Shown piece by piece: positions 11,043 through 18,329 of a stretch of 18,329 nt of DNA. This stretch comes from Nitrospinota bacterium (GTDB lineage Bacteria > Nitrospinota > Nitrospinia > Nitrospinales > VA-1). Where the stretch lies: contig JAYNIA010000002.1 in NCBI GenBank assembly GCA_038108555.1, positions 115,332 to 133,660 of the forward strand, given 5' to 3'. The translations under genes were made by a program, and so were the position numbers. Under the pieces are notes generated by a model. That model had not been told where the DNA came from, did not search any database, and saw only the letters and a program-made list of their open reading frames with translations. Each line of letters begins with the position of its first letter. Within the stretch, counting starts at the first letter, position 1.

Positions 11043-13535
11043 TCAAACTTTTTTAATTTCCACCCATGCCGGGCTGCCATCAAGGTTTACCAATCCATTG
11101 ACACCCTGCTCATCAGAAACCTTTGGAACCACGATGCCACCCGCAGCACATCGGTTATCTACATTCACTTCAGCATCCAATTCCACTCCGTTTCCAGAGA
11201 TCCGAACCCTGTCCCCATTCGCAACCCCCAGGCTTCCAGCATCGGATTCATTGAGAAACGCGGAAGAAGATTTAAAATGATGCGCAAGTTTTGAGGAAGC
11301 ATCCAGAATTTTGTCATGCGCAAACAAATAGGAAGCCACTCGTAATTTCAATTTGCCATTACCATTTGCACCTTCGAGGTTTCCGGGAGACGCATTCTCA
11401 ACCGTTACCTGCTCCCGGTTGATTCCGAGTTTCCCAACCAATCGCGCATTGATTTCCTGATAGCCGGGAACCCTCTTGGCAATATCATTCAGCACTTTTG
11501 CAACGCGGGAATATTCGGTTTCGTCCCCGAGTTTTTTCAGCATAATACTGATCAACTTCCAGTCCGCAGGAACACCACTATCCAGCGCTTTTCTTCGTGC
11601 TTGAATCCTTCCCCCAATATTGGTGGTTGTTCCCTCATCAAATCCCGGACCACTTGAAGGCAATACAATTTTCGCAAGTTGAGTGGTTTCCGTTTCGAGC
11701 ATGTCATGCACCACCAGAAGGTCAAGGTTCTTAAGTGCCTCTACTACCTGATCCCCTCCAGGAAAATCTACGACGGGATTGGAACGGTGTACCCACAACG
11801 CTTTCAATTCTCCACTTTTTGCCTTAGCCAGCATTTCCAATGTTGTCAAACCGGCTTTGGTGGGTGCTTCCTCTCCCCACAATTCTTTTATCTTTTCACT
11901 GTCAGAAACAGGAACCCCTCCGGGATAAAAATCCGGCAACAGCCCCATATCCATAGCACCCACAGCGTTGGTCGCCGGGGCCGCAGGAATCGCTCCACAT
12001 TCTACGGTTGGGATTTTAGAAATAACGGACAGCAAACGCTTGACCCTGAGAGCCGAATCTCCGGAAAGCGCAGCGGGATTATAGACAACACAAATTTTCA
12101 TACTTGACCTTACTGCTTCTACCAGCGACTTCATTTCATCTGCAGGAATCCCGGTTTGAGCAAGATCAGAGGAAAAATCGATTGACTCACCCAATTCGCG
12201 TGCCAAACCCTCTGCCAACGCATCAATTGCGGAAGCTTCCGAGCCAATTTTATATTTCACAGTCAGGCCAGCATACTTATCCAATGCCGTAGTCTGGTCA
12301 TTAAGCGAAAGTAGCTTCGTGCCGCAACGAGTAACCGCCTTCTTGATTCTCAAGTCAAGGATAGGCAGCTCTTCAGTCGGATCACTGGCAATCAGCAGAA
12401 CGATATTGGAACTTTCAATCGCGTCGATATCGTAATGATTTACAGGCAAACCCGGAGTTTCCTGATAGGGTTTATGATCGATGTTATTGGTTCCCAACAA
12501 TCGAAATAACTTTTGATAAAGAAAACTTTCTTCATTTGTTGCATAGGGAGACCCTATAAAACCAATACTCTCCGGTCCATGCTCTTCAGCGATTCTTTTA
12601 AATACTTCCACCACCTTTTCAGCCGCTTCTTCCGTTGGAGCATCAATGGGAAAATTTGGAAAAGAGGTGGGCTCGGTTTTTCCGACACTATTTTCGCGCG
12701 CTGCGGTAATACGGTTTTTACTATCAACAAATTGATGTCCCCAGCGCCCCTTATCACAAATCCAGCCATCATCCACCGCGTCATTGGGTCGCGCTTCAAT
12801 GCGCATCAATTCATTCAGCCTGGTTCCGAAAGTGATGTTGCAGTTGACCCCACAGTTCGCACATAAGGTATCGTGATTAGTCAAATCCCAGGTTCGGGCC
12901 TTGAAACGGAAATCCGTATTGGTCAATGCGCCCACCGGGCAAATATCAATCACGTTTCCGGAAAAACGATTATCGTACGGTTGATTATTGAATGTGTTGA
13001 CCTCGTTGTGGAATCCTCGGTTGAGCATAACCAGCTCGCGGTTCTGTTCAATCCGCTCACTGTATGCAGTACATCGCTGACAGGCGATACAACGTTCGCG
13101 GTCAATAGTGATTACCGGACTGAGGGGAGCCGCCTTCACATTGTTTGCACGATGAAATTCCATACGCGTATCAGGCGGACCGTATTTAAAGGTATTGTCC
13201 TGCAGCGGACATTCGCCTCCCTTATCACAAACCGGGCAATCGAGAGGATGATTGAGCAAAGTAAATTCAAGCACACCCTTTTGTGCTTTTTCCACTTTAT
13301 CCCCTACCGTCTTCACGACCATATCCGGGGCTACATCCATGGTACAGGCAGTCATCAGCTTGGGCATCTTCTCAACTTCAACAAGACACATGCGACAACA
13401 GCCCAGCGGACCTATTTTTTCGTGATAACAGAAAACAGGAATATCAACATCCACCTGTTTCGCAGCATCCACCACCTTGGTTCCCTTGGGAACCGTGACT
13501 GACTTTCCGTCAATAGTTAAAGTGACTTCAGACAT
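11043..13535 (-). CDS. nuoG: NADH-quinone oxidoreductase subunit G
   Basis: N1b (FCYH...CRMC...TAC), N5 (NHPLDCPVCDKGGEC), N4 (CIACQRC...DICPVG) and N7 (CANCGVNC...WICDKGR) ligand sets, followed by a molybdopterin-oxidoreductase-like C-terminal region. SD AGAGG. Confidence 0.96.
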   Translation of the reverse strand: MSEVTLTIDGKSVTVPKGTKVVDAAKQVDVDIPVFCYHEKIGPLGCCRMCLVEVEKMPKLMTACTMDVAPDMVVKTVGDKVEKAQKGVLEFTLLNHPLDCPVCDKGGECPLQDNTFKYGPPDTRMEFHRANNVKAAPLSPVITIDRERCIACQRCTAYSERIEQNRELVMLNRGFHNEVNTFNNQPYDNRFSGNVIDICPVGALTNTDFRFKARTWDLTNHDTLCANCGVNCNITFGTRLNELMRIEARPNDAVDDGWICDKGRWGHQFVDSKNRITAARENSVGKTEPTSFPNFPIDAPTEEAAEKVVEVFKRIAEEHGPESIGFIGSPYATNEESFLYQKLFRLLGTNNIDHKPYQETPGLPVNHYDIDAIESSNIVLLIASDPTEELPILDLRIKKAVTRCGTKLLSLNDQTTALDKYAGLTVKYKIGSEASAIDALAEGLARELGESIDFSSDLAQTGIPADEMKSLVEAVRSSMKICVVYNPAALSGDSALRVKRLLSVISKIPTVECGAIPAAPATNAVGAMDMGLLPDFYPGGVPVSDSEKIKELWGEEAPTKAGLTTLEMLAKAKSGELKALWVHRSNPVVDFPGGDQVVEALKNLDLLVVHDMLETETTQLAKIVLPSSGPGFDEGTTTNIGGRIQARRKALDSGVPADWKLISIMLKKLGDETEYSRVAKVLNDIAKRVPGYQEINARLVGKLGINREQVTVENASPGNLEGANGNGKLKLRVASYLFAHDKILDASSKLAHHFKSSSAFLNESDAGSLGVANGDRVRISGNGVELDAEVNVDNRCAAGGIVVPKVSDEQGVNGLVNLDGSPAWVEIKKV

Positions 13536-13547
13536 AGAACCTCTTAA

Positions 13548-14807
13548 TCAGCTGGCTGCACCAGCAGGAATATTTTTAAAGTACTCTTCATAATCCGCGC
13601 GAAAATGCTTAATACTGCTCACAACCGGAGCAACACAGGCATCTGCCAACGGACAAAATGTTTTAAACGACATATTGTCGCAAATATCTTCCAGACGGGT
13701 GATGTATTCCAATTTACCCTTTTGCTGCATGATTCGCTCAACAATCTGATGAAGCCAACGTGTTCCTTCCCGACAGGGAGTACATTTACCGCAAGACTCA
13801 TGCATATAAAAACTGATCAACCGCAAGGTGGCTTCCACAATATTGATACTGTCATCGATAACAATCAACGCACCCGAACCCAACATGGTTCCGGCTTCAG
13901 CAAGCGATTCATAATCATAAGGAGTATCAACCTTGGACGCAGGCAGCATGGGAACCGAGGAACCCCCAGGGATAAACGCCTTTAGTTTGTTATCGTTTTG
14001 AATGCCTCCCGCCAGATTGTAAATAAGTTCACTGGTTGGTGTCCCCAATTCAATTTCATAATTTCCCGGTTTCTTGACATGCCCCGACACACTGACCAGC
14101 TTGGTGCCTTTACTTTTTTCAGTTCCCAGCGCCGCATAACTCTCCGCCCCTTCATTGACGATGTAAGGAACCACACAAAGCGTTTCGACATTATTGATAA
14201 CCGTCGGTTTTGAATACAAACCTTCAACTGCCGGAAAGGGAGGTTTCATCCTCGGCTCCCCCCGACCGCCTTCAAGGGAGTTCAGCAAGGCAGATTCTTC
14301 ACCACAGATATAAGCTCCTGCACCCAGGTGAGTGTAAATGTCGAGATCAAATCCCGAGCCTAAAATATTTTTCCCGAGGTAACCCTTTGCACGTGCCTCA
14401 TCCAATGCTTTGTCCATGATAAAACTCAAATCATGGAACTCACCTCGCATATAGATATAACCTGTTTCAATTCGACAGGCGTAGGAACATAAAATCATTC
14501 CTTCAATCAACAGGTGCGGGTTTTTAAGCAACAACTCACGATCTTTACATGTCCCCGGTTCCGACTCGTCTGCATTACAGCAAAGATATCGTGGGAAAAC
14601 GTCCTTCGCCAGAAAACTCCATTTCAGTCCCGTGGGAAAACCCGCTCCGCCCCGGCCCCTCAGGCCCGATGCTTTGACCGCCTCTACAATCTCTTCAGGC
14701 TTTTGGGCGAATGCCTTTTTCAAGGACTGATACCCCCCCAGCTCTTCATACACCTTCATCGTACGAAGGCCTTCTTTATTGATATCCTTAAATAAAATCT
14801 GAGTCAT
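13548..14807 (-). CDS. nuoF: NADH-quinone oxidoreductase subunit F (FMN/NADH-binding)
   Basis: SGLRGRGGAGFPTGLKW, NADESEPGTCKDR, GAGAYICGEESALLNSLEG, N3 ligands HESCGKCTPCREG...TFCPLAD. Confidence 0.97.
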   Translation of the reverse strand: MTQILFKDINKEGLRTMKVYEELGGYQSLKKAFAQKPEEIVEAVKASGLRGRGGAGFPTGLKWSFLAKDVFPRYLCCNADESEPGTCKDRELLLKNPHLLIEGMILCSYACRIETGYIYMRGEFHDLSFIMDKALDEARAKGYLGKNILGSGFDLDIYTHLGAGAYICGEESALLNSLEGGRGEPRMKPPFPAVEGLYSKPTVINNVETLCVVPYIVNEGAESYAALGTEKSKGTKLVSVSGHVKKPGNYEIELGTPTSELIYNLAGGIQNDNKLKAFIPGGSSVPMLPASKVDTPYDYESLAEAGTMLGSGALIVIDDSINIVEATLRLISFYMHESCGKCTPCREGTRWLHQIVERIMQQKGKLEYITRLEDICDNMSFKTFCPLADACVAPVVSSIKHFRADYEEYFKNIPAGAAS

Positions 14808-14811
14808 AAAA

Positions 14812-15288
14812 CTAGTCCAATGAATCCAGAATCTGATCGATCCGTTGTTCCGTCAGGTTTCCATAATAAGTATCATTGACCCTCATCATCGGTGCTTCCG
14901 TGCAAGCGGCGAGACACTCTTCCCGATGCAGGGTGAACTTTTCGTCAGAAGTGGTTTCTCCCACCTTGATATTCAGCTTTTTTGCTGTGTGCTCTAGAAG
15001 CCTGTCGCATCCATTCAATTGGCAACTGATATTGATACAAAACAGGATCATGTACTTTCCCACCTTTTCCGTGTGGTACATCGTATAAAACGACATGACC
15101 GATTGAACATAAGCGGGAGAGACATCTAGTTTCTTTCCAATCGCAACCATAGCTTCCGGACTCACCACCTGATCCGCTCTTTGCACCAATGTCAACAAAG
15201 GCAACAAGGCCGAGGTTTTAACCGGATACTTCGCAAGAATGCGTTCGATCTCTTTTTCCTGATCTGCTGTAAAAGTATATTCCGACAT
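14812..15288 (-). CDS. nuoE: NADH-quinone oxidoreductase subunit E ([2Fe-2S] N1a)
   Basis: SALLPLL, VMSFYTMY, CINISC...EECLAAC..APMM. Lies between nuoD and nuoF. Confidence 0.96.
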   Translation of the reverse strand: MSEYTFTADQEKEIERILAKYPVKTSALLPLLTLVQRADQVVSPEAMVAIGKKLDVSPAYVQSVMSFYTMYHTEKVGKYMILFCINISCQLNGCDRLLEHTAKKLNIKVGETTSDEKFTLHREECLAACTEAPMMRVNDTYYGNLTEQRIDQILDSLD

Positions 15289-15326
15289 TTAAAAAATTTA
15301 TTTCCTTAAAATTCTTTTCTAGCCCA

Positions 15327-15398
15327 CATTGCAATTCCCGCAAGCGAGTAATTCAAATTTCTGAATCGCCGCGCTCCCTCCGGTCACTCGCGATGACG
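15327..15398. repeat. CGTC-type REP-like palindromic element (one good half plus a degenerate inverted partner)
   Basis: Minus strand 15398-15363 reads CGTC-ATCGC-GAGTGACCGGAGGGAGCGCG-GCGAT-TC, a CGTC tag plus imperfect palindrome. On the plus strand CATTGC (15327-32) can pair with GCGATG (15390-95) and ATTCA (15351-55) with TGAAT (15362-66). Only one occurrence in the window, so repeat status is inferred. Confidence 0.55.
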
Positions 15399-15441
15399 AG
15401 CAAAAGTACCATTTTTTTTAATTGCCCCCATCGCCAGACGG

Positions 15442-16641
15442 TTAGCGGTCGACTTCTCCCATTACAATATCGATGCTGCCAATAATCCCTACTACGTCCG
15501 CTATGTAACAACCTTCCATCATTTTGCACATTCCCGGAATGGCCATAAATGAAGGCGCACGCAACTTAACCCGTGCCGGAACATTGGTTCCGTCACTGAC
15601 GATGTAAAATCCCACTTCCCCTCTGGCCCCCTCAATGGGCACATAGGTTTCACCCGCCGGAACACTGATCCCTTCCGACACCAATTTGAAGTGATGGATT
15701 AATGCTTCCATACTGGTGTGCAATGTTTCACGCGGTGGCAAAGAAACTTTGTTATCCGGATCCTTATAAGGTCCGCCGGGAAGGTTTTCCAAAGCTTGTT
15801 TGATGATATTCCGACTCTGCCGCATTTCTTCCACCCGAACGCGATAGCGATCAAAAATATCTCCGTTGTTATAAACAGGAATATCAAAGTTGTAATTTTC
15901 ATAGCCACTGTAGGGTTGTGACTTACGAATATCCCAATTTACCCCGGAGGCTCTTAAGGCCGGACCACTCAAACTCCAATTAATAGCTTCTTCTCTTGTA
16001 AAAGCGCCAACCCCTTCCGTTCGATCCAGCCAGATCGGGTTTTTAGTAAGCAGCCTTTCGTATTCGTCAACTTTCGCAGGAAAATATTCGATGAAATCAC
16101 GGATGCCATCTAACCAGGGCCGGGTGGCATCTTTCGCTACACCGCCAACTCGGATGTAACTCGTCATCATACGTACGCCGGAAATTTCTTCATTGAGGTC
16201 AAGTATCATCTCGCGCTCTCGCCAGCAATAGAGGAACACCGTCATCGCTCCGATGTCCAGCGCATGGGTTCCCAGCCAAACAAGATGACTGGCAATGCGA
16301 GAGAGTTCGCACATGATGACCCTTAGTGCTTTTGCCCGATCCGGGATATTAACTCCCAATAGTTTTTCAGTGCTGAGACAAAAGGCAAGATTGTTTCCCG
16401 GAGGATTGAGGTAGTCCAACCGGTCCGTCATTGGGATGACGTGAACATAACGCTTGTTCTCGGAAGTTTTTTCGATTCCCGTATGCAGGTAACCGATCTC
16501 CGGCTCGGCAGTTTTAACCACTTCGCCATCCATTTCAAGGATGACACGGAACACCCCATGGGTACTTGGGTGTTGCGGACCCATATTGAGGGTCATAGTA
16601 TCTTTATCGCGCTCCAGCAGTCCCTGATCAGTTACACTCAC
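15442..16641 (-). CDS. nuoD: NADH-quinone oxidoreductase subunit D
   Basis: LNMGPQHPSTHGVFR, GYLHTGIEK, TDRLDY, ELSRIASHL, SIDIVMGEVDR. GTG start. Confidence 0.97.
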   Translation of the reverse strand: MSVTDQGLLERDKDTMTLNMGPQHPSTHGVFRVILEMDGEVVKTAEPEIGYLHTGIEKTSENKRYVHVIPMTDRLDYLNPPGNNLAFCLSTEKLLGVNIPDRAKALRVIMCELSRIASHLVWLGTHALDIGAMTVFLYCWREREMILDLNEEISGVRMMTSYIRVGGVAKDATRPWLDGIRDFIEYFPAKVDEYERLLTKNPIWLDRTEGVGAFTREEAINWSLSGPALRASGVNWDIRKSQPYSGYENYNFDIPVYNNGDIFDRYRVRVEEMRQSRNIIKQALENLPGGPYKDPDNKVSLPPRETLHTSMEALIHHFKLVSEGISVPAGETYVPIEGARGEVGFYIVSDGTNVPARVKLRAPSFMAIPGMCKMMEGCYIADVVGIIGSIDIVMGEVDR

Positions 16642-16649
16642 GAGTCACC

Positions 16650-17180
16650 CTACCGAGTCTGGGGTTTTGATTTGACCAGTTCACTTTTAAAATCCCTGTT
16701 ATGGGAAAAAGCTACGGTCTCAGTTGTTAATGGATAATCTTTTCTGAGCGGGAAACCTTCCCAGTCCTTAGGCATAATCAACCGTTCCATCCTGGGATGC
16801 CCTTCAACATTGATTCCGAACATGTCAAACAATTCCTGTTCGGGATAGAGGGCTCCCTTCCAAAGATTCGAAACGGTTGGAACGGTGGGATTGTCCTCAT
16901 CAATTCCAACTCGAACCCTGATGGAATGCTGATGGTCAATGGAGTAAAGCTGATAGACTGCCTCGAAACGAGGTTCTCGCTCTTCCAGCAAATAATCCAC
17001 ACCCCGAACATCGGAAAGGTAGTCGAATTTTAAATCCGCATCATTTTTCAGAAATTCAGCAACGGCTGGCAGGGACTCCGGCTCCACAAAAACCACGGCA
17101 TCCCCTTGAGGGAGAGCGGTGTCTTGTATCTTTTCCGCAAGACCGGCCTTTATCTTCTCGACGATTTCTTCACTCGTCAT
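16650..17180 (-). CDS. nuoC: NADH-quinone oxidoreductase subunit C
   Basis: [32 protein letters not shown]...[18 protein letters not shown] overlap with the nuoB stop. Confidence 0.96.
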   Translation of the reverse strand: MTSEEIVEKIKAGLAEKIQDTALPQGDAVVFVEPESLPAVAEFLKNDADLKFDYLSDVRGVDYLLEEREPRFEAVYQLYSIDHQHSIRVRVGIDEDNPTVPTVSNLWKGALYPEQELFDMFGINVEGHPRMERLIMPKDWEGFPLRKDYPLTTETVAFSHNRDFKSELVKSKPQTR

Positions 17181-17761
17181 GCCACCCTCTTCTTGGCCTT
17201 GTCGGTGCCCGCTTCCATCATGATTTTTTCCTGGAGCTTGATCACGCCATATAACAGCGCTTCAGGACCGGGAGGACATCCGGGAACATAAACGTCCACC
17301 GGTACTACCCGATCAACCCCCTGCACAATTGAATAATTGTTAAAGACACCGCCACAGGAAGCACATGCTCCCATCGAGATAACCCATTTAGGTTCCGGCA
17401 TCTGGTCATAGATTTGTTTGAGGATGGGCGCCATCTTCTGCGAAACACGACCAGACACAATCATCAAATCTGCCTGGCGCGGGGAAGCGCGAAAAACTTC
17501 AGCGCCAAAGCGCGCGGCATCCCAACGGGAGTTTGCCATGGCCATCATTTCAATAGCACAACAGGCAAGACCAAAAGTTGCCGGCCATAACGCATTTTTT
17601 TGCGCCCAGCCTACGACTTTCCCCAACTTTGTAGTTAAAACAGTGTCATATAAGGAACCGGAGTACTCATAATCCATCGCCTCTACGGCATCCTTAACAT
17701 TCAATTTCAAATTATTAATTTCGGTTTCAAATGCATCAACCGCTTGATCAATCAATCCCAT
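17177..17761 (-). CDS. nuoB: NADH-quinone oxidoreductase subunit B (N2 cluster)
   Basis: [50 protein letters not shown]. Start moved to ATG 17761 with SD GGAGG, overlapping the nuoA end by 10 bp. Confidence 0.97.
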   Translation of the reverse strand: MGLIDQAVDAFETEINNLKLNVKDAVEAMDYEYSGSLYDTVLTTKLGKVVGWAQKNALWPATFGLACCAIEMMAMANSRWDAARFGAEVFRASPRQADLMIVSGRVSQKMAPILKQIYDQMPEPKWVISMGACASCGGVFNNYSIVQGVDRVVPVDVYVPGCPPGPEALLYGVIKLQEKIMMEAGTDKAKKRVA

Positions 17762-18105
17762 TCCAATCCTCCCCGTCCCCAAATATAGACGTATGCGATT
17801 CCCAGAATGATTATAAAAATAAGCATTTCGATCAGGCCAAAAAGCTTGAGCTCTCCCAGCGCCACCGCCCAGGGATACATAAACACCACCTCAACATCAA
17901 AGATAATGAAGAGCATGGCAATGGTGGCAAACCGTACCGGGTACCGGCCCTTGGCCTCTTCGGTCGGAACAATGCCACATTCATAAGGCAATAGTTTCTG
18001 GGGGGTTGCATTGCGTGGCCCTAATAAAGTGGATAACGCCAACAGGGCACCGATCACCACCAGGGCAACAACTGCAAATAATGAAATGTAAAAATACTCA
18101 GCCAT
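17752..18105 (-). CDS. nuoA: NADH-quinone oxidoreductase subunit A
   Basis: [32 protein letters not shown] 18105 gives a typical 117 aa. The ORF track extends it to an upstream in-frame ATG at 18192. Confidence 0.96.
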   Translation of the reverse strand: MAEYFYISLFAVVALVVIGALLALSTLLGPRNATPQKLLPYECGIVPTEEAKGRYPVRFATIAMLFIIFDVEVVFMYPWAVALGELKLFGLIEMLIFIIILGIAYVYIWGRGGLEWD

Positions 18106-18260
18106 CAAATTGCTCGCCGAACAAAAAAAACGAAAAGCTTCTATATTATATAGGCTGCATAATCCGCCGGGCCCTCTTTGTGGAAAACCCATTTAGCCTT
18201 GCAACCATAATATGTTAGCCGAAACCGGACCCTCTAAACGAGAAAGCCTCAGGAGTCGGG

Positions 18261-18288
18261 ATTATAGCAGCCTGCCCTACCCTGTCAA
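18261..18288 (-). promoter_or_regulatory. Consensus sigma70 promoter of the nuo operon (P1)
   Basis: Minus strand TTGACA (18288-18283), 16-bp spacer, TATAAT (18266-18261) with extended -10 TG (TGcTATAAT) and GC-rich discriminator CCCGAC. Predicted start about 18254-18257. Confidence 0.8.
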
Positions 18289-18290
18289 TA

Positions 18291-18314
18291 TTTGATTTAT
18301 GCCGATAAATCAAA
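18291..18314. promoter_or_regulatory. Perfect 10-bp-arm palindrome, candidate operator just upstream of the P1 -35
   Basis: TTTGATTTAT-gccg-ATAAATCAAA. No U tract follows on either strand, and it lies 2 bp from the -35 hexamer. Confidence 0.55.
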
Positions 18315-18329
18315 GAAAAACAACGCTTC

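Noticed and set aside
12873..13502. 209-aa plus-strand ORF, and the other 60-142 aa alternative-frame or antisense ORFs in the track
   Set aside because: They overlap well-supported genes almost entirely (here antisense to nuoG), show no recognisable motifs and are typical shadow ORFs.
18123..18257. 6S RNA call for the P1 transcript
   Set aside because: Too short (~130 nt versus ~180-200) and lacks the long, well-paired closing stem. Kept only as an unassigned structured leader.
18249..18271. Plus-strand TCAGG...AGCAGC resembling SRP RNA domain IV
   Set aside because: The spacer is 12 nt without a GNRA-capped stem, the flanks do not pair, and the sequence is explained by the minus-strand promoter.

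Overview
Bacterial chromosomal window of moderate GC with no mobile element, CRISPR array, rRNA or tRNA gene recognised. The left ~5.1 kb holds a 5'-truncated atypical MscS-family channel gene coupled to tgt (+), a two-gene unit of a class I SAM methyltransferase and a 118-aa unknown protein (-), a predicted lipoprotein (+) and sfsA (-). The remaining ~13 kb is a respiratory complex I operon on the minus strand, nuoABCDEFGHIJKLM, with separate nuoC and nuoD and a complete NADH-input module (E, F, G). There is no nuoN: sfsA follows nuoM after 66 bp. The most unusual signals are the missing nuoN despite a full-length NuoL lateral helix; a densely patterned nuoA control region (perfect TTGACA-16-TATAAT promoter, a 10-bp-arm palindrome, an inverted copy of the promoter's own -10 region downstream, a structured ~150-nt leader with a U8 tract); a Pro at the substrate-specificity Cys position of TGT; and a CGTC-type REP-like element between nuoD and nuoE. 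Most of the window is conserved housekeeping DNA, and I cannot support a claim of a wholly new system. A Nitrospinota-like origin is an unverified impression only.
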